Source: Anaerolineae bacterium (GTDB lineage Bacteria > Chloroflexota > Anaerolineae > S140-20). From it: a DNA stretch of 64,000 bases. The position numbers were made by a program, and so were the translations under genes. Numbering within the stretch: position 1 is the stretch's first letter; every line of letters begins with the position of its first letter. Where the stretch lies: positions 1 to 64,000 of the forward strand of contig JALUTT010000181.1 of the NCBI GenBank assembly GCA_027021705.1, written 5' to 3'. Shown one piece after another: positions 9,235 to 18,984 of this stretch. Under the pieces are notes generated by a model. That model made no database searches and had not been told where the DNA came from. It saw only the letters and a list, made by a program, of their open reading frames with translations.

Positions 9235-11043
9235 TCAGCGTGTGGCCTTCCTCCGTTGGGTGCTCCCGGTGTCGGTCAGAGGCGCGGCCAGCGGTAGGGT
9301 GAAGTAGAAGGTGCTCCCCCGCCCCGGGGCGCTCTCCACCCAGACCTCGCCGCCGTGGCCTTCCACCACCTCTTTGACGATGGCCAGGCCCAGCCCCGTA
9401 CCCCCGAAACGCCGAGTGCTGGAGCCGTCCACCTGGTAGAAGCGCTCGAAGATGCGCTCGTGCTCTTCAGGGGGAATGCCGATGCCCTGGTCGGCGACCG
9501 CCGTGATCAGCTTCCCTTCCTCCCTCCAGATGCGCACGGTGATGGCTCCGCCGTCGGGGCTGAACTTGATGGCGTTGCTCAGGAGGTTGTCGAAGACCTC
9601 CTCGATGCGACCGGGGTCGGCCTGGACCTTGGGCAGGTGGTCCGATACCTCCAGGCAGAGCGTGATGCCCACCTCCCGGGCCATCGCCTCGGCCGAGGCG
9701 ATGGCGTGGCGGGCGATCTCCACCAGGGAGACCTCGTGCATCTCGTCGGGACGGGGTGCACCCCGCTGGAGGGAGACGATGTCCCGTACCAGATTGGCCA
9801 GGAGCTGCACCTTGGCTGCCACGATGGAGAGCTTCTCCTGCTGCTCCGGCGTCAACTCCCCCAGCCCCCCATCCCGCAGCAGTTCGACGTACCCCCGGAT
9901 GAAGGCGAGGGGCGTGCGCAGTTCGTGGGTGACGTTCTGGATGAACTCGGTCTTGCGCCGATCCAGTTCCTGCAGTTCCTGGTAGGCGGCGGCCAGTTGG
10001 CGGGCCCGCTCCTCCAACTCGGCGTAGAGGCGGGCGTTCTCGATGGCGATGGCCGCCTGACCGGCAAAGGTCAGCGCCAGCCGCTTCTCTTCGTCGGTGA
10101 AGGGGCGGGGACGGACGTCGGACATCTGCATCACCCCGATCACCCGGTCGTGGACGACGAGGGGGACGAGAAGCAGGGCGCCCATCTCCAGCTCCTCGAC
10201 GACGGCCGGCCCCAGGTCCGGATGGCGGGCCACGTCCGGCACGGCGACCACCTGTCGGCGATGCCAGAGCTGTTCGCCCAACTGCCCCAGTCCGCTCACC
10301 GTACCCCGTGTTTCCCGGATTCGCCGGGCCAGGACGCCTTCGTATCCCCACAGGGCGTCGGTGTGGTACCAGTGCTCCCCATCCTCGTCCAGGAGGATGA
10401 TCCCCCCTCGGGAGAGCTGGAGCAGCCGCACCGCCCGCCCCAGCACCTCCTGGAGCACCGTCTGCAGGTCCAGACTGGCCCCCAGGGCCTGGGTGGCGTG
10501 GTAGAGGGCTTCCGCCTGTTCTGCCCGCCGGCGGGCCTCCTCGGTTCGTCGAGCCAGCGCCTCCTGAATCGCCAGCCGCTGTTGGCCTGCCTCCCCCACC
10601 AGGAGGGCTACCAGGGTGAGCGCTCCCACGGCGGCCCCGAAGCGCACCAGGTGCTCTAGGGTGATGGGGTAGGAGAGGAGGGTGAGGACGAGGAGGGCCA
10701 GCGTGACCAGCATCCAGCCCTGGCGGGCCCCCCGCCGGCCATCCCGCACGCTGGCCGAGAGGAGGTCCTCGGTGTAGAGGAAGATGAAGGGGCTGGTGAG
10801 GCCGCCGGAGAGGTGGATGCCGACCGTGAGCAGGGCCAGGTTGCTCAGGCGCACCCCCCAGTTGACCAGCCGGGGATGCACCCCCCGGCGCACCAGCAGG
10901 ACGCCCCCGACGTTGATCGCCAGCGCCACGCCGACGATCAGAGAGAGGAGGGGAATGTAGGTGGAAAATCCCAGCCACCAAGCGGCCAGCAGCCCGACCG
11001 CCACCAGGATGGACAGCCCCAGGAAGGTGTAGCGCAGGGGCAT
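9235..11043 (-). CDS. Membrane GAF-domain sensor histidine kinase
   Basis: N-terminal TM helices, GAF (AIAIENARLY), HisKA (THELRTPL), HATPase (NLLSNAIKF, DQGIGI, GTGLGL). Start placed at MPLRYTF. Confidence 0.9.
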   Translation of the reverse strand: MPLRYTFLGLSILVAVGLLAAWWLGFSTYIPLLSLIVGVALAINVGGVLLVRRGVHPRLVNWGVRLSNLALLTVGIHLSGGLTSPFIFLYTEDLLSASVRDGRRGARQGWMLVTLALLVLTLLSYPITLEHLVRFGAAVGALTLVALLVGEAGQQRLAIQEALARRTEEARRRAEQAEALYHATQALGASLDLQTVLQEVLGRAVRLLQLSRGGIILLDEDGEHWYHTDALWGYEGVLARRIRETRGTVSGLGQLGEQLWHRRQVVAVPDVARHPDLGPAVVEELEMGALLLVPLVVHDRVIGVMQMSDVRPRPFTDEEKRLALTFAGQAAIAIENARLYAELEERARQLAAAYQELQELDRRKTEFIQNVTHELRTPLAFIRGYVELLRDGGLGELTPEQQEKLSIVAAKVQLLANLVRDIVSLQRGAPRPDEMHEVSLVEIARHAIASAEAMAREVGITLCLEVSDHLPKVQADPGRIEEVFDNLLSNAIKFSPDGGAITVRIWREEGKLITAVADQGIGIPPEEHERIFERFYQVDGSSTRRFGGTGLGLAIVKEVVEGHGGEVWVESAPGRGSTFYFTLPLAAPLTDTGSTQRRKATR

Positions 11044-11198
11044 CGAGGGGAAGCGCTGCCGTCGGCCGCCGCCGACCACCCTGGGGTCCCCCGCGCTGCC
11101 GGGCTCTAAAGCACCTGCTCCTCTCCGAGGAGGTGGATGGGAACGCTCGTCAGGGCGCATCGTGGGGGGCTCATAGGGCTCACGGGAGCCCGCGGGCG

Positions 11199-11993
11199 TC
11201 ACGGGCGCTCGGGCCGACGGACAATCCAGACCTGCTCCGGCGAGGTCTCGGTGAGGGGGCTGCGGTCGAAGTCGCCGTACAGGGCCTCGATCTCGAACCC
11301 TGCCTCCTCCAGCAGAGCCCGCATCTGGTCGGGCTCGATCCAACTGAAGCTCAAGCGCCGGTACCGACGGCGGATCAGGACGCCTTCATCGTCCAGTTCG
11401 TCGGTCCAGGCGAGGATCCGCATCGCCTGGGTCTCGAAGTTGTAGCGGGTCAGCACCCAGAGCAGCACGTCATGGCCCGTCTGGGGGTCGGTGTACTCGG
11501 TCCGCAGGCTGGGCGCCTGGTGTTGACGGGCGATCTCGGGCCGGAAGATGAAGTGATCGAGGATGAGCCGCCCGCCGGGGGCCAGTTGGCTGTAGATGTG
11601 GCGCAGCCCCTCCCGCTTCGCCTCCGGCGTCACCAGGTGGCCGATGGTGTGGAAGGGGATGGCGATGAGCCAGGCCGGCTCAGGCAGTTGGAAGTCGCGG
11701 AAATCGGCCTGGATGAGGGTGAGGCGATCGGCCACCCCCAGCGCCTCCGCCCGCTCCCGGCAGCGCCGGAGCATCTCCGCCGAGGCGTCCACGCCGACGA
11801 TGGCCTTCCCCTGCCGGGCCGCCTCCAGGGCGATGCGGCCGTTGCCCACGCCCAGCTCGACCACGGGGTCGTCGCTGCTCAGGTAGGCTTCCACGTAGAA
11901 GGGGAGGGCCCGATGGGCGGAGGGGGCCATCTCTACCCAGACATCGTAGATGTCGGCAAAGGTGTCGTACTCGGCGGTCCGGTGCATCGTCAT
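11199..11993 (-). CDS. Class I SAM-dependent methyltransferase
   Basis: VVELGVGNGRI, GVDASAEML, QADFRDF, LAPGGRLI motifs; GGAGG RBS. Confidence 0.9.
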   Translation of the reverse strand: MTMHRTAEYDTFADIYDVWVEMAPSAHRALPFYVEAYLSSDDPVVELGVGNGRIALEAARQGKAIVGVDASAEMLRRCRERAEALGVADRLTLIQADFRDFQLPEPAWLIAIPFHTIGHLVTPEAKREGLRHIYSQLAPGGRLILDHFIFRPEIARQHQAPSLRTEYTDPQTGHDVLLWVLTRYNFETQAMRILAWTDELDDEGVLIRRRYRRLSFSWIEPDQMRALLEEAGFEIEALYGDFDRSPLTETSPEQVWIVRRPERP

Positions 11994-12025
11994 CCTCCTG
12001 GTTCCAAAGGGGCTTCCCTTCTCGG

Positions 12026-12054
12026 ATTGTACCCGAAGGCTCAGGGGCCGTCAA
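12026..12054 (-). promoter_or_regulatory. sigma70-type promoter for the methyltransferase/kinase genes
   Basis: Minus strand TTGACG-N17-TACAAT. Confidence 0.6.
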
Positions 12055-12057
12055 GCC

Positions 12058-12212
12058 CGGTGATTACCCATATCTTTGGAGATAGGGAGACGAGCCGTCC
12101 ACGAAGGGGGCACGAATACACGAATGAAGGACCGCCTCATTCGTGCAGCGGTGAGAAATTCGTGGACGGTCTGCTACGGACCACTCTCTTGCTCCCTTGT
12201 GGGTAATCACCG
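12058..12212. mobile_element. 155-bp MITE-like element (copy 1), TIR CGGTGATTACCCA
   Basis: 13-bp perfect TIR; near-identical copy at 31412-31566. Confidence 0.85.
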
Positions 12213-12224
12213 CGAGATTCTCCC

Positions 12225-12278
12225 TTGACAGCCCCCCCTGTTTTGCGGTAGAATAGTTGTGTAGTTGTCTAGACAACT
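12225..12278 (+). promoter_or_regulatory. sigma70 promoter plus HutC/GntR-type operator palindrome
   Basis: TTGACA-N18-TAGAAT followed by perfect 16-bp palindrome AGTTGTCTAGACAACT (12263-12278) upstream of the GntR/UTRA gene. Confidence 0.8.
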
Positions 12279-12359
12279 TCTGTTCGGCTGTGCTTCCTCG
12301 GCCGACACCCAAAGGAGTTCCTGGACCTGGTCTACGAGGTGTAGCGAGCGGACACGCCG

Positions 12360-13121
12360 ATGACCGAGACCTTCTCGCCTCCCCGCTACCACCGCATCCG
12401 CGCTGTCCTGCGGGAGCGGATCGCCCGGGGGGAGTACCTGCCCCACCAGCGCATCCCCTCGGAGGCCCAGCTCTGCCGGGAGTTCGGCGTCAGCCGGGGG
12501 ACGGTGGAGCGGGCGATCCGGGGGCTGGTCGAGGAGGGGGTGCTCTACCGCGTCCAGGGCAAGGGGACCTTCGTCGCCTCCCCCTCGCTGGACGAGGTCT
12601 CCTTCCGGCTGGGCTCCATCTGGGAGGAGGCCCGCAGGGCCGGTCGCCGCCTCACCAACCGGGTCATCCGTCAGGCCCGGGAGGCGGCCACGCCCGAGGC
12701 GGCCCAGCGCCTGGGGATCCCTCCCGGCCACCCCGTCATCGAGATCGTCCGCCTGCGGCTGATTGACGACCTCCCCATCGCCCACGAGAGCCGTACCCTG
12801 GCCCTGGAGCTCTGCCCCCAGCTCCTGGAGGAGGACGTGGAGACCCAGTCCATCCACGACCTGCTCCTGCACAAGTACCGGCTGCCCCTGCTCAAGGCCA
12901 GCTACACCATCGAGGTGGTCGTGCTGGAGGGGCCGGAGGCCGAACTGCTGGAGGCGGAGCCGGGCACGCCGGCCTTCCTGGTGGACCGGCTGACCTACAC
13001 GACCGGGTTGCGGCCGGCCGTCTGGCTTCGCCAACTCTTCCGGGGGGACCGCTACCGCTTCGTGGCCGAGATCGCCCCCTTGGGGGATCGGGGATCAACC
13101 CCCGCGACAGGCAACGGGTAA
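12360..13121 (+). CDS. GntR-family (HutC subfamily, UTRA domain) transcriptional regulator
   Basis: IPSEAQLCREFGVSRGTV...QGKGTFV wHTH and UTRA C-terminus (FRGDRYRF); upstream of hutU. Confidence 0.9.
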   Translation: MTETFSPPRYHRIRAVLRERIARGEYLPHQRIPSEAQLCREFGVSRGTVERAIRGLVEEGVLYRVQGKGTFVASPSLDEVSFRLGSIWEEARRAGRRLTNRVIRQAREAATPEAAQRLGIPPGHPVIEIVRLRLIDDLPIAHESRTLALELCPQLLEEDVETQSIHDLLLHKYRLPLLKASYTIEVVVLEGPEAELLEAEPGTPAFLVDRLTYTTGLRPAVWLRQLFRGDRYRFVAEIAPLGDRGSTPATGNG

Positions 13122-13156
13122 CCCGTGAACGCCATACACAGAAGGAGGAGTACACT

Positions 13157-14323
13157 ATGCGCCCCATCTCTCGTCTTTGGGTTCTCCTGATCGTGCTCTC
13201 GCTGGTCCTGGGTGGGCTGGCCGGTTGCGGCAAGAAGGAGCCCGCGACCATCAAGATCGGCATCTTCTCGCCGACGACCGGCTTTGCCGCTGCGGACGGC
13301 ACGAGCGCCCTCCACGCCGCCGAGCTGGCGGTCAAGTTCATCAACGAGGCCGGCGGCATCAACGGCAAGAAGATCGAACTGATCCACTACGACGATGCCG
13401 CCAAGCCCGACCAGGCGGTCAGCGTGGCCCACAAGCTGATCGAGCAGGACAAGGTGGTGGCGGCCATCAGCGGCTCCTACAGCGGGGCCACCCGGGCGGC
13501 CGCGGCCGTCTTCCAGGAGGCCGGCGTTCCGATGATCTCCGCCTACGCCGTCCACCCCGACATCACCAAGACGGGGGACATGATCTTCCGCGTGGGCGCT
13601 CTGGCCGACGTGGAGGGGCGGGCCGGCGGTGCGCTGGTGGTGGACAAGCTGGGGGCCAAACGGGTCGCCATCCTGACCATTGACAACGACTTCGGTCGCG
13701 CCCTCACCGAGGGCTTCAAGGCCTACGCCATTCCCAAGGGGGTCGAGATCGTCCTGGAGGAGAAGTACCCCCTGGGGGAGACCGACTTCCGCCCCCTGCT
13801 GGAGAAGATCAAGGAGGCCAACCCCGACGTCATCTGGGCTACCGCCTACTACGCCGAGGCGGCCAACCTGGTGCGGCAGGCCAAGGAGGCCGGCGTGACC
13901 GCCCAGATCGTCGGGCAGGAGGGGTACGACTCGCCCAAGTTCATCGAGCTGGCCGGTGATGCGGCCGAGGGCGTCATCATCGTCACCGACCTGAATCGGG
14001 ACAGCGATCGGGAGATCGTCCAGAAGTTTCTCAGCGAGTATAAGAAGGCTTACAACCTCGACGCCGACATGGTGGGCGCGTCCGCCTTCGACGCCGTGCA
14101 GGTGCTGGCCTACGCCATCGAGAAGGGCGGGACCGATCCCCAGAAGATCGTCGAGGCCATCGCCGGCATCGAGAACTTCGATCAGGCGGTGACCGGCCCC
14201 ATCCTGCGCTACACGCCGGGCCGGGAGGTGGTGCGCCCCATCGGCAGCCAGATCGTGCGCGACGGGGCCTTCCACTTCTTCGCCGAGTTCACCGACCCCG
14301 AGCTGATCACGCCGCCCTGGTAG
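13157..14323 (+). CDS. Branched-chain amino acid (LivJ/K-type) ABC substrate-binding lipoprotein
   Basis: LAGC lipobox, INEAGGINGKKIELIHYDD, SGSYSG, GETDFR. Confidence 0.9.
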   Translation: MRPISRLWVLLIVLSLVLGGLAGCGKKEPATIKIGIFSPTTGFAAADGTSALHAAELAVKFINEAGGINGKKIELIHYDDAAKPDQAVSVAHKLIEQDKVVAAISGSYSGATRAAAAVFQEAGVPMISAYAVHPDITKTGDMIFRVGALADVEGRAGGALVVDKLGAKRVAILTIDNDFGRALTEGFKAYAIPKGVEIVLEEKYPLGETDFRPLLEKIKEANPDVIWATAYYAEAANLVRQAKEAGVTAQIVGQEGYDSPKFIELAGDAAEGVIIVTDLNRDSDREIVQKFLSEYKKAYNLDADMVGASAFDAVQVLAYAIEKGGTDPQKIVEAIAGIENFDQAVTGPILRYTPGREVVRPIGSQIVRDGAFHFFAEFTDPELITPPW

Positions 14324-14346
14324 CCCGGTTCCCCATCCCCTGACCT

Positions 14347-14377
14347 GGTGGGGGCAGGTCTGGAGCCTGCCCCCACC
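14347..14377. repeat. REP-like hairpin / mRNA stem-loop after the binding-protein gene
   Basis: GGTGGGGGCAGG-TCTGGAG-CCTGCCCCCACC, 12-bp perfect stem. Confidence 0.7.
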
Positions 14378-14416
14378 TCGACCGGTCCGAGCCCCCAACA
14401 GCGAAGCCAAGCGCCT

Positions 14417-15280
14417 ATGATCACCCAAAACCTGGTCAACGCCCTCGTCCTGGGCAGCACCTACGCCCTCATCGCCACCGGCCTGACGATGGTCTACGGC
14501 ATCCTCAAGATCCTGCACATTGCCCACGCCGCCGTCTACACCATCGGGGCTGCCGTGGGGCTGGGGGTCTTCAACGCCACGGGGAACTTCTGGCTCGCCC
14601 TGGTCGTGGCGATGGCGGTCAGCAGCGGGGTGGGCGTCCTCATCTACACGGGCGTCTACCGGCGGATGCTGGACGCCCCCCGCATCGTTCCCCTGATCAC
14701 CAGCATCGGCCTCTTCATTATGGCCCAGGACCTGTTGCAGAAGCCCTACCTGCTGGGGCCGTACATCCAGGATTTCCCGGCCCGGAGCGGGCTCCCCGGC
14801 TGGCGGACGCCCTGGTTCGACCTGCCGGCCACCGGCTTGCTCATCATCCTCCTGGCCGCCGCCTTCCTCGCCTTCGTCTACCTGGTGATGACCCGCACCC
14901 GGTTGGGGCTGGGCTGGCGGGCGGCCGCCCAGGACCGGGAGATGGCCGCCGCGCTGGGGGTCAACATCAACCGGGTCATCGCCCTCAACTTCCTGCTGGG
15001 GTCGGCGCTGGCGGGGGCGGCCGGCGTCCTCGTCGGCGTCTACTACAACCAGGTCTTCGCCACGATGGGCGACGTTCCCTCCTACAAGGCCTTCGTCATC
15101 ATCGTCCTGGGCGGGATGGGGAGCCTCCAGGGGACGGTGGTCGCCAGCCTGCTGCTGGCCCTGGCCGAGACCTTCCTCATCGCCACCGTCGGCTTCGTCC
15201 TGCCCCGGGATGCCATCGCCTTCCTGCTGCTCATCCTGGTGCTGATGTTCCGACCGGAGGGGCTCTTTGGCCGCCGATAG
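14417..15280 (+). CDS. livH: Liv-type ABC permease (LivH-like)
   Basis: LGSTYALIATGLTMVYG, AQDREMAAALGVN, IIVLGGMGS, RPEGLFG. Confidence 0.88.
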   Translation: MITQNLVNALVLGSTYALIATGLTMVYGILKILHIAHAAVYTIGAAVGLGVFNATGNFWLALVVAMAVSSGVGVLIYTGVYRRMLDAPRIVPLITSIGLFIMAQDLLQKPYLLGPYIQDFPARSGLPGWRTPWFDLPATGLLIILLAAAFLAFVYLVMTRTRLGLGWRAAAQDREMAAALGVNINRVIALNFLLGSALAGAAGVLVGVYYNQVFATMGDVPSYKAFVIIVLGGMGSLQGTVVASLLLALAETFLIATVGFVLPRDAIAFLLLILVLMFRPEGLFGRR

Positions 15281-16148
15281 GGCACGGTGGAAGGGGTATG
15301 GGCTGGCGCTGCTGGCAGCGACGCTGTGGGCCAGCCTTTCCATCCTGGGCAAGCTGGCCTACCGCTACCAGGCCCACCCGCTGACGGTGGTCACGCTGCG
15401 GGCGGCCCTCGCCTTCTTCACGCTGGCCGGCCTGCTGGCGGTGGCCCGGCCCGACCGCCTGCGGATCACCCGCCGGGACCTGCCCTTCCTGGTCCTCTAC
15501 GGCGGGCTGGGGGTCGGCCTGAACTACGGCAGCTACTTCTACGCCCTGAGCTACACGACGGTGGCGGTGGCCATCATCCTGCTCTACACCTACCCGGCCA
15601 TCGTCGTCCTGCTGGCGGCCCTCCTGGGGGAGGAGCCGCTGAGCCGGGCCAAGGGGGTCGCTCTGGTCCTCACCTTCGGCGGCTGCTTCCTGGTGGCCCA
15701 GGGGTACGATCCGGCGGCCCTGCGCCTCAACCTGGCCGGCGTCGCCTGGGGGCTGCTGGGGGGCTTCGGCGCGGCGATGTACGGCCTGCTGGGGAAGCGG
15801 GCCCTGGCCCGCCACGCCACGGAGACGGCGCTGCTCTACGCGCTGGGCTTCGGCGGCCTCGCCCTGGCCCTGTGGCGGGGGCCGGCCCTCGTCGAGGCGG
15901 TCCACTACCCGCCGGGGCTCTGGGCCATCCTGCTGGCGATGGCCTGGCTGCCGACGCTGGTGGGGTACGGTAGCTTTCTGACGGCCCTCCACTATGTGGA
16001 GGCGGGCCGGGCCAGCATCACGGCGACCGTCGAACCGGTCCTCGCCACCGCCCTCAGCTACCTCTTCCTGGGGGAGACGCTGGAGCCCCTGCAGGGGGTG
16101 GGGGGGCTGCTGGTGCTGGCCGGCGTGGTGCTCATCCAACTCCGCTAG
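15267..16148 (+). CDS. EamA/DMT family transporter
   Basis: About ten hydrophobic helices in two EamA repeats (LLYTYPAIV, TVEPVLAT...LGETL); start uncertain. Confidence 0.85.
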   Translation: MAADRARWKGYGLALLAATLWASLSILGKLAYRYQAHPLTVVTLRAALAFFTLAGLLAVARPDRLRITRRDLPFLVLYGGLGVGLNYGSYFYALSYTTVAVAIILLYTYPAIVVLLAALLGEEPLSRAKGVALVLTFGGCFLVAQGYDPAALRLNLAGVAWGLLGGFGAAMYGLLGKRALARHATETALLYALGFGGLALALWRGPALVEAVHYPPGLWAILLAMAWLPTLVGYGSFLTALHYVEAGRASITATVEPVLATALSYLFLGETLEPLQGVGGLLVLAGVVLIQLR

Positions 16149-16176
16149 ACGGGAATCGGGGGCATCTATTCAGCCT

Positions 16177-16273
16177 ACCCTCCCGCAGGTCACCGGTCGA
16201 GGGCGCTTTTAGCGCCGATGGGCTATTTGAAGCACGGTTTCGCGTCGGGAACGCGCCTAACCTGCGGGAGGGT
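16177..16273. repeat. REPIN/MITE-like element, CCCTCCCGCAGGT family (copy 2)
   Basis: 14-bp perfect TIR ACCCTCCCGCAGGT / ACCTGCGGGAGGGT. Confidence 0.85.
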
Positions 16274-16302
16274 GAACAGCGACAATCGGGGAACGAGGGA
16301 CG

Positions 16303-17193
16303 ATGCTAAGCGGGTACGTCATTAGCATCTTCATCTTCGCCGGCATCTGGACGGCGCTGACGCTGAGCTTGAACATCCTCACCGGCTACGCCGGGCAGGT
16401 CTCCCTGGGCCACGCCGCCTTCTTCGGCATCGGGGCCTACACCTCGGCGATGCTGGCCGTGCGCTATGGTTGGCCCTTCCTGCCGGCCCTGCTGGCGGCG
16501 ATGGTGGTCACCGGCTTGGTCGGGGGCTTCCTGGGGCTGCCCAGCCTCCGGGTGCGCCACGACTTCTTGGTCCTGGCGACGATGGGGATCAACTTCGTCG
16601 TCGTCGCCCTCTTCAAGTACGTGGACTTCTTCGGAGGCTCCCTGGGCATCATCGGCATCCAGAAGCCGGTCCTGCTGGGCCACCGAATCCAGGGAGGCGG
16701 CTACCTGCTGCTGGTCTGGCTTTACGCCGGGCTGGCCATCGCCCTCAGCCTCTACGTGGCGCGGGCCTGGGTGGGGCTGGCCCTGCACACCGTGCGCGAG
16801 GATGAGGAGGCGGCCGAGGCGGTGGGGGTCAGCGTGCCCCGCTTCAAAATCTACGCCTTCATCCTGAGTGGGTTGCTGGCCGGCGGGGCGGGGAGCCTCT
16901 ACGCCCACTTCCTGGGCAGCGTCTTCCCCGACCACTTCGCCTTTGCCGAGTCCATCGGCATCCTCTCGATGCTCGTGCTGGGGGGGATGGGGACGGTGCG
17001 GGGGGCGGTCTTCGGGGCCGTCCTGCTGCGGGCGCTGCCGGAGTTGCTGCGCACGGTAGGGGATTACCGCTACACCCTGTACGGGGGCACGCTGGTGCTG
17101 ATGATGCTCTTCCAGCCGATGGGGTTGTTGGGGGAGGAAAGCTGGCTGTGGAAGCGGATCGCCGGTATCCGACGGATTCGGAGAGCGGATTGA
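16303..17193 (+). CDS. livM: Liv-type ABC permease (LivM-like)
   Basis: GYAGQVSLGHAAFFGIGAY, VREDEEAAEAVGV, LVLGGMGT. Confidence 0.88.
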   Translation: MLSGYVISIFIFAGIWTALTLSLNILTGYAGQVSLGHAAFFGIGAYTSAMLAVRYGWPFLPALLAAMVVTGLVGGFLGLPSLRVRHDFLVLATMGINFVVVALFKYVDFFGGSLGIIGIQKPVLLGHRIQGGGYLLLVWLYAGLAIALSLYVARAWVGLALHTVREDEEAAEAVGVSVPRFKIYAFILSGLLAGGAGSLYAHFLGSVFPDHFAFAESIGILSMLVLGGMGTVRGAVFGAVLLRALPELLRTVGDYRYTLYGGTLVLMMLFQPMGLLGEESWLWKRIAGIRRIRRAD

Positions 17194-17572
17194 ACGGACT
17201 GCTTACGGAGGGGGAGGCACCGAGGGCCGAGGCACTGGGGCAAGCGGCTTAGCGGTTGGCGGCCTAGCGGCTAGCGGCATAGCGGCTGGCGGCATAGCGG
17301 CTGGCGGCTAGCGGCATAGCGATGGCCTATGGACTGAGGACCGAGGACTGTGGACTGCGTCCGACCGCCGACGACCGACCGCGGACCGCCGATCGAGCGG
17401 CATAGCGACGGACCGAGGACCGAGGACCGAGGACTACTCGACCAAACGACCAAGCGACCAAGTGACCAAGTGACCAAAGGGTGGCGGATTGCTGTCAACG
17501 GATTTGGGGAGCGGATTGAACGGAGAGGGGTGCCCCAGGGGAGCTAGTCGGAATCATCCTGATGAAGTGCTA
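17170..17572. repeat. Mosaic of short tandem repeats (GGCATAGC, GAGGACC/T, GACCAAGT) flanked by CGGATT..GAGCGGATTGAACGGA modules
   Basis: Directly visible 7-8-mer tracts; the same motifs recur at 2575-2650, 36080-36445 and 43034-43170. Confidence 0.85.
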
Positions 17573-17648
17573 GATCGGAGAGCTTTTCCTCAAAAGGGAT
17601 GTACCGGGCCATCTCGGCGCGGATCGCTTCTGCCGAGGGCACTATAAA

Positions 17649-18419
17649 ATGACCGAGACGAACACACTTTTGCATACGGAAGGGCTGAGCAAACATTTCG
17701 GCGGCCTGCGGGCGGTGGACCGGGTGGACCTGGCGGTCCGCCCTGGCGAGATCCTGGGGCTGATCGGCCCCAACGGTGCTGGCAAGACCACCCTCTTCAA
17801 CCTGATCTCCGGCATCCTCCGCCCCACGGCCGGCCGCATCTGGTTCCGAGGCCGGGAGATCCAGGGCCGGCGGCCCCACCAGATCGCCGCCCTGGGCGTC
17901 GGGCGGACCTTCCAGATCGTCCGCCCCTTCCGCTCGCTGACGGCGCTGGAGAACGTGCTGGCGGCCGTGGGCCACCCCTACTACCCCTCGCTGTGGGCCT
18001 TCGCCGCCTCCTTCCGGGCGCCGGCCTACCAGCGCCGGGCGTGGGCGCTGCTGGAACGGGTGGGGTTGCAGGAGTATGGGGCGGTCCGGGCCGGCACCCT
18101 GCCCATCGGCCTGCAGCGGCGGCTGGAGATCGCCCGCGCCCTGGCCCTCGACCCGGTGCTGCTCTTGCTGGACGAGTCGGCGGCGGGCCTGGTCCACGAG
18201 GAGGCGGCCGAGCTGGCCGACCTGATCCGCAGCCTGCGCGACGACGGCATCACCATCATCTTGGTGGAGCACAACATGCCCTTCGCGATGGGGCTATGCG
18301 ACCGCATCGTCGTCCTGGCCCACGGGCAGGTGATCGCCGAGGGGCCGCCGGAGGAGGTGCAGAACGACCCGCTGGTCATTGAAGCCTATCTGGGACATCG
18401 GAAGGCTGGCAGTCCGTAG
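17649..18419 (+). CDS. livG: Liv-type ABC ATP-binding protein (LivG-like)
   Basis: GPNGAGKTT, RTFQ, LLLLDE, LVEHNM, VIEAYLG. Confidence 0.9.
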   Translation: MTETNTLLHTEGLSKHFGGLRAVDRVDLAVRPGEILGLIGPNGAGKTTLFNLISGILRPTAGRIWFRGREIQGRRPHQIAALGVGRTFQIVRPFRSLTALENVLAAVGHPYYPSLWAFAASFRAPAYQRRAWALLERVGLQEYGAVRAGTLPIGLQRRLEIARALALDPVLLLLDESAAGLVHEEAAELADLIRSLRDDGITIILVEHNMPFAMGLCDRIVVLAHGQVIAEGPPEEVQNDPLVIEAYLGHRKAGSP

Positions 18420-18463
18420 TCCGTGGTCGGCAGACCCTCTTGACGTTGCCGGAAGGGGCTCAT

Positions 18464-18641
18464 TTAAAGCGATTTTTCAGGGATGCTATGGTGCTCCAGC
18501 CAGCGGGCAATCTTGGCGAGGGGGGGCTTTGATTCTGCGACATAGAGGGTAAACGCTCGAAGTTCTTCTTCAGCTTCCCCCGGTCTCTTGGATCAGGCAG
18601 GCGTGCAGAAAGAGAACCTGCTCCGGCGTCAAGTGCTTCAT
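18464..18641 (-). pseudogene. Internally deleted Doc/Fic toxin remnant
   Basis: ATGA overlap with the antitoxin stop; reads MKHLTPEQVLFLHACLIQETGGS* then, out of frame, AEEELRAFTLYVAESKPPLAKIARWLEHHSIPEKSL*. These resemble Doc N- and C-termini with the HPFxDGNKR core missing. Confidence 0.75.
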
Positions 18642-18880
18642 TGGTGGGCCAAAGCTTCGAGGGCCGAGCGGTATTGCTCGATGAACTCGGCGACTTGACG
18701 GGCGAACTCCTCGTCAACCCCGGCGGGACGTTCACCTATCGGCGCGATGATGATCTGACGCCGGTCTCGATCCAATTTGACCGATACCTCAGCGCCCTCG
18801 GTCAGACCGAGGAAGTCCAGCGCGTCTTTGGGGAGCGAGACAGCGATGCTGTCCCCTGTTCTGAAGACCTTGTGGGGCAT
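18638..18880 (-). CDS. AbrB/MazE/SpoVT-family antitoxin
   Basis: KVFRTGDSIAVSLPK..L..LGLTEGAEV swapped-hairpin motif; C-terminal FIEQYRSALEALA like Doc-associated antitoxins. Confidence 0.88.
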   Translation of the reverse strand: MPHKVFRTGDSIAVSLPKDALDFLGLTEGAEVSVKLDRDRRQIIIAPIGERPAGVDEEFARQVAEFIEQYRSALEALAHQ

Positions 18881-18910
18881 GCTGCACCCTCCTCTCCCGG
18901 ATGTTCCTGG

Positions 18911-18977
18911 AGGTCAATTGACCTGTTGCCCTCCCTCCGAGCAGTAGTAGTATACCCTGCCGACACAGGCTGGTCAA
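18911..18977 (-). promoter_or_regulatory. Promoter and palindromic operator of the AbrB-doc module
   Basis: Minus strand TTGACC-N17-TATACT (18949-18977); perfect palindrome AGGTCAATTGACCT at 18911-18924. Confidence 0.6.
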
Positions 18978-18984
18978 ATGGAGG

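Noticed and set aside
17573..17645. Minus-strand peptide PSAEAIRAEMARYIPFEEKLSDL as an antitoxin remnant
   Set aside because: Too short, with no start codon or diagnostic motif to support a call.
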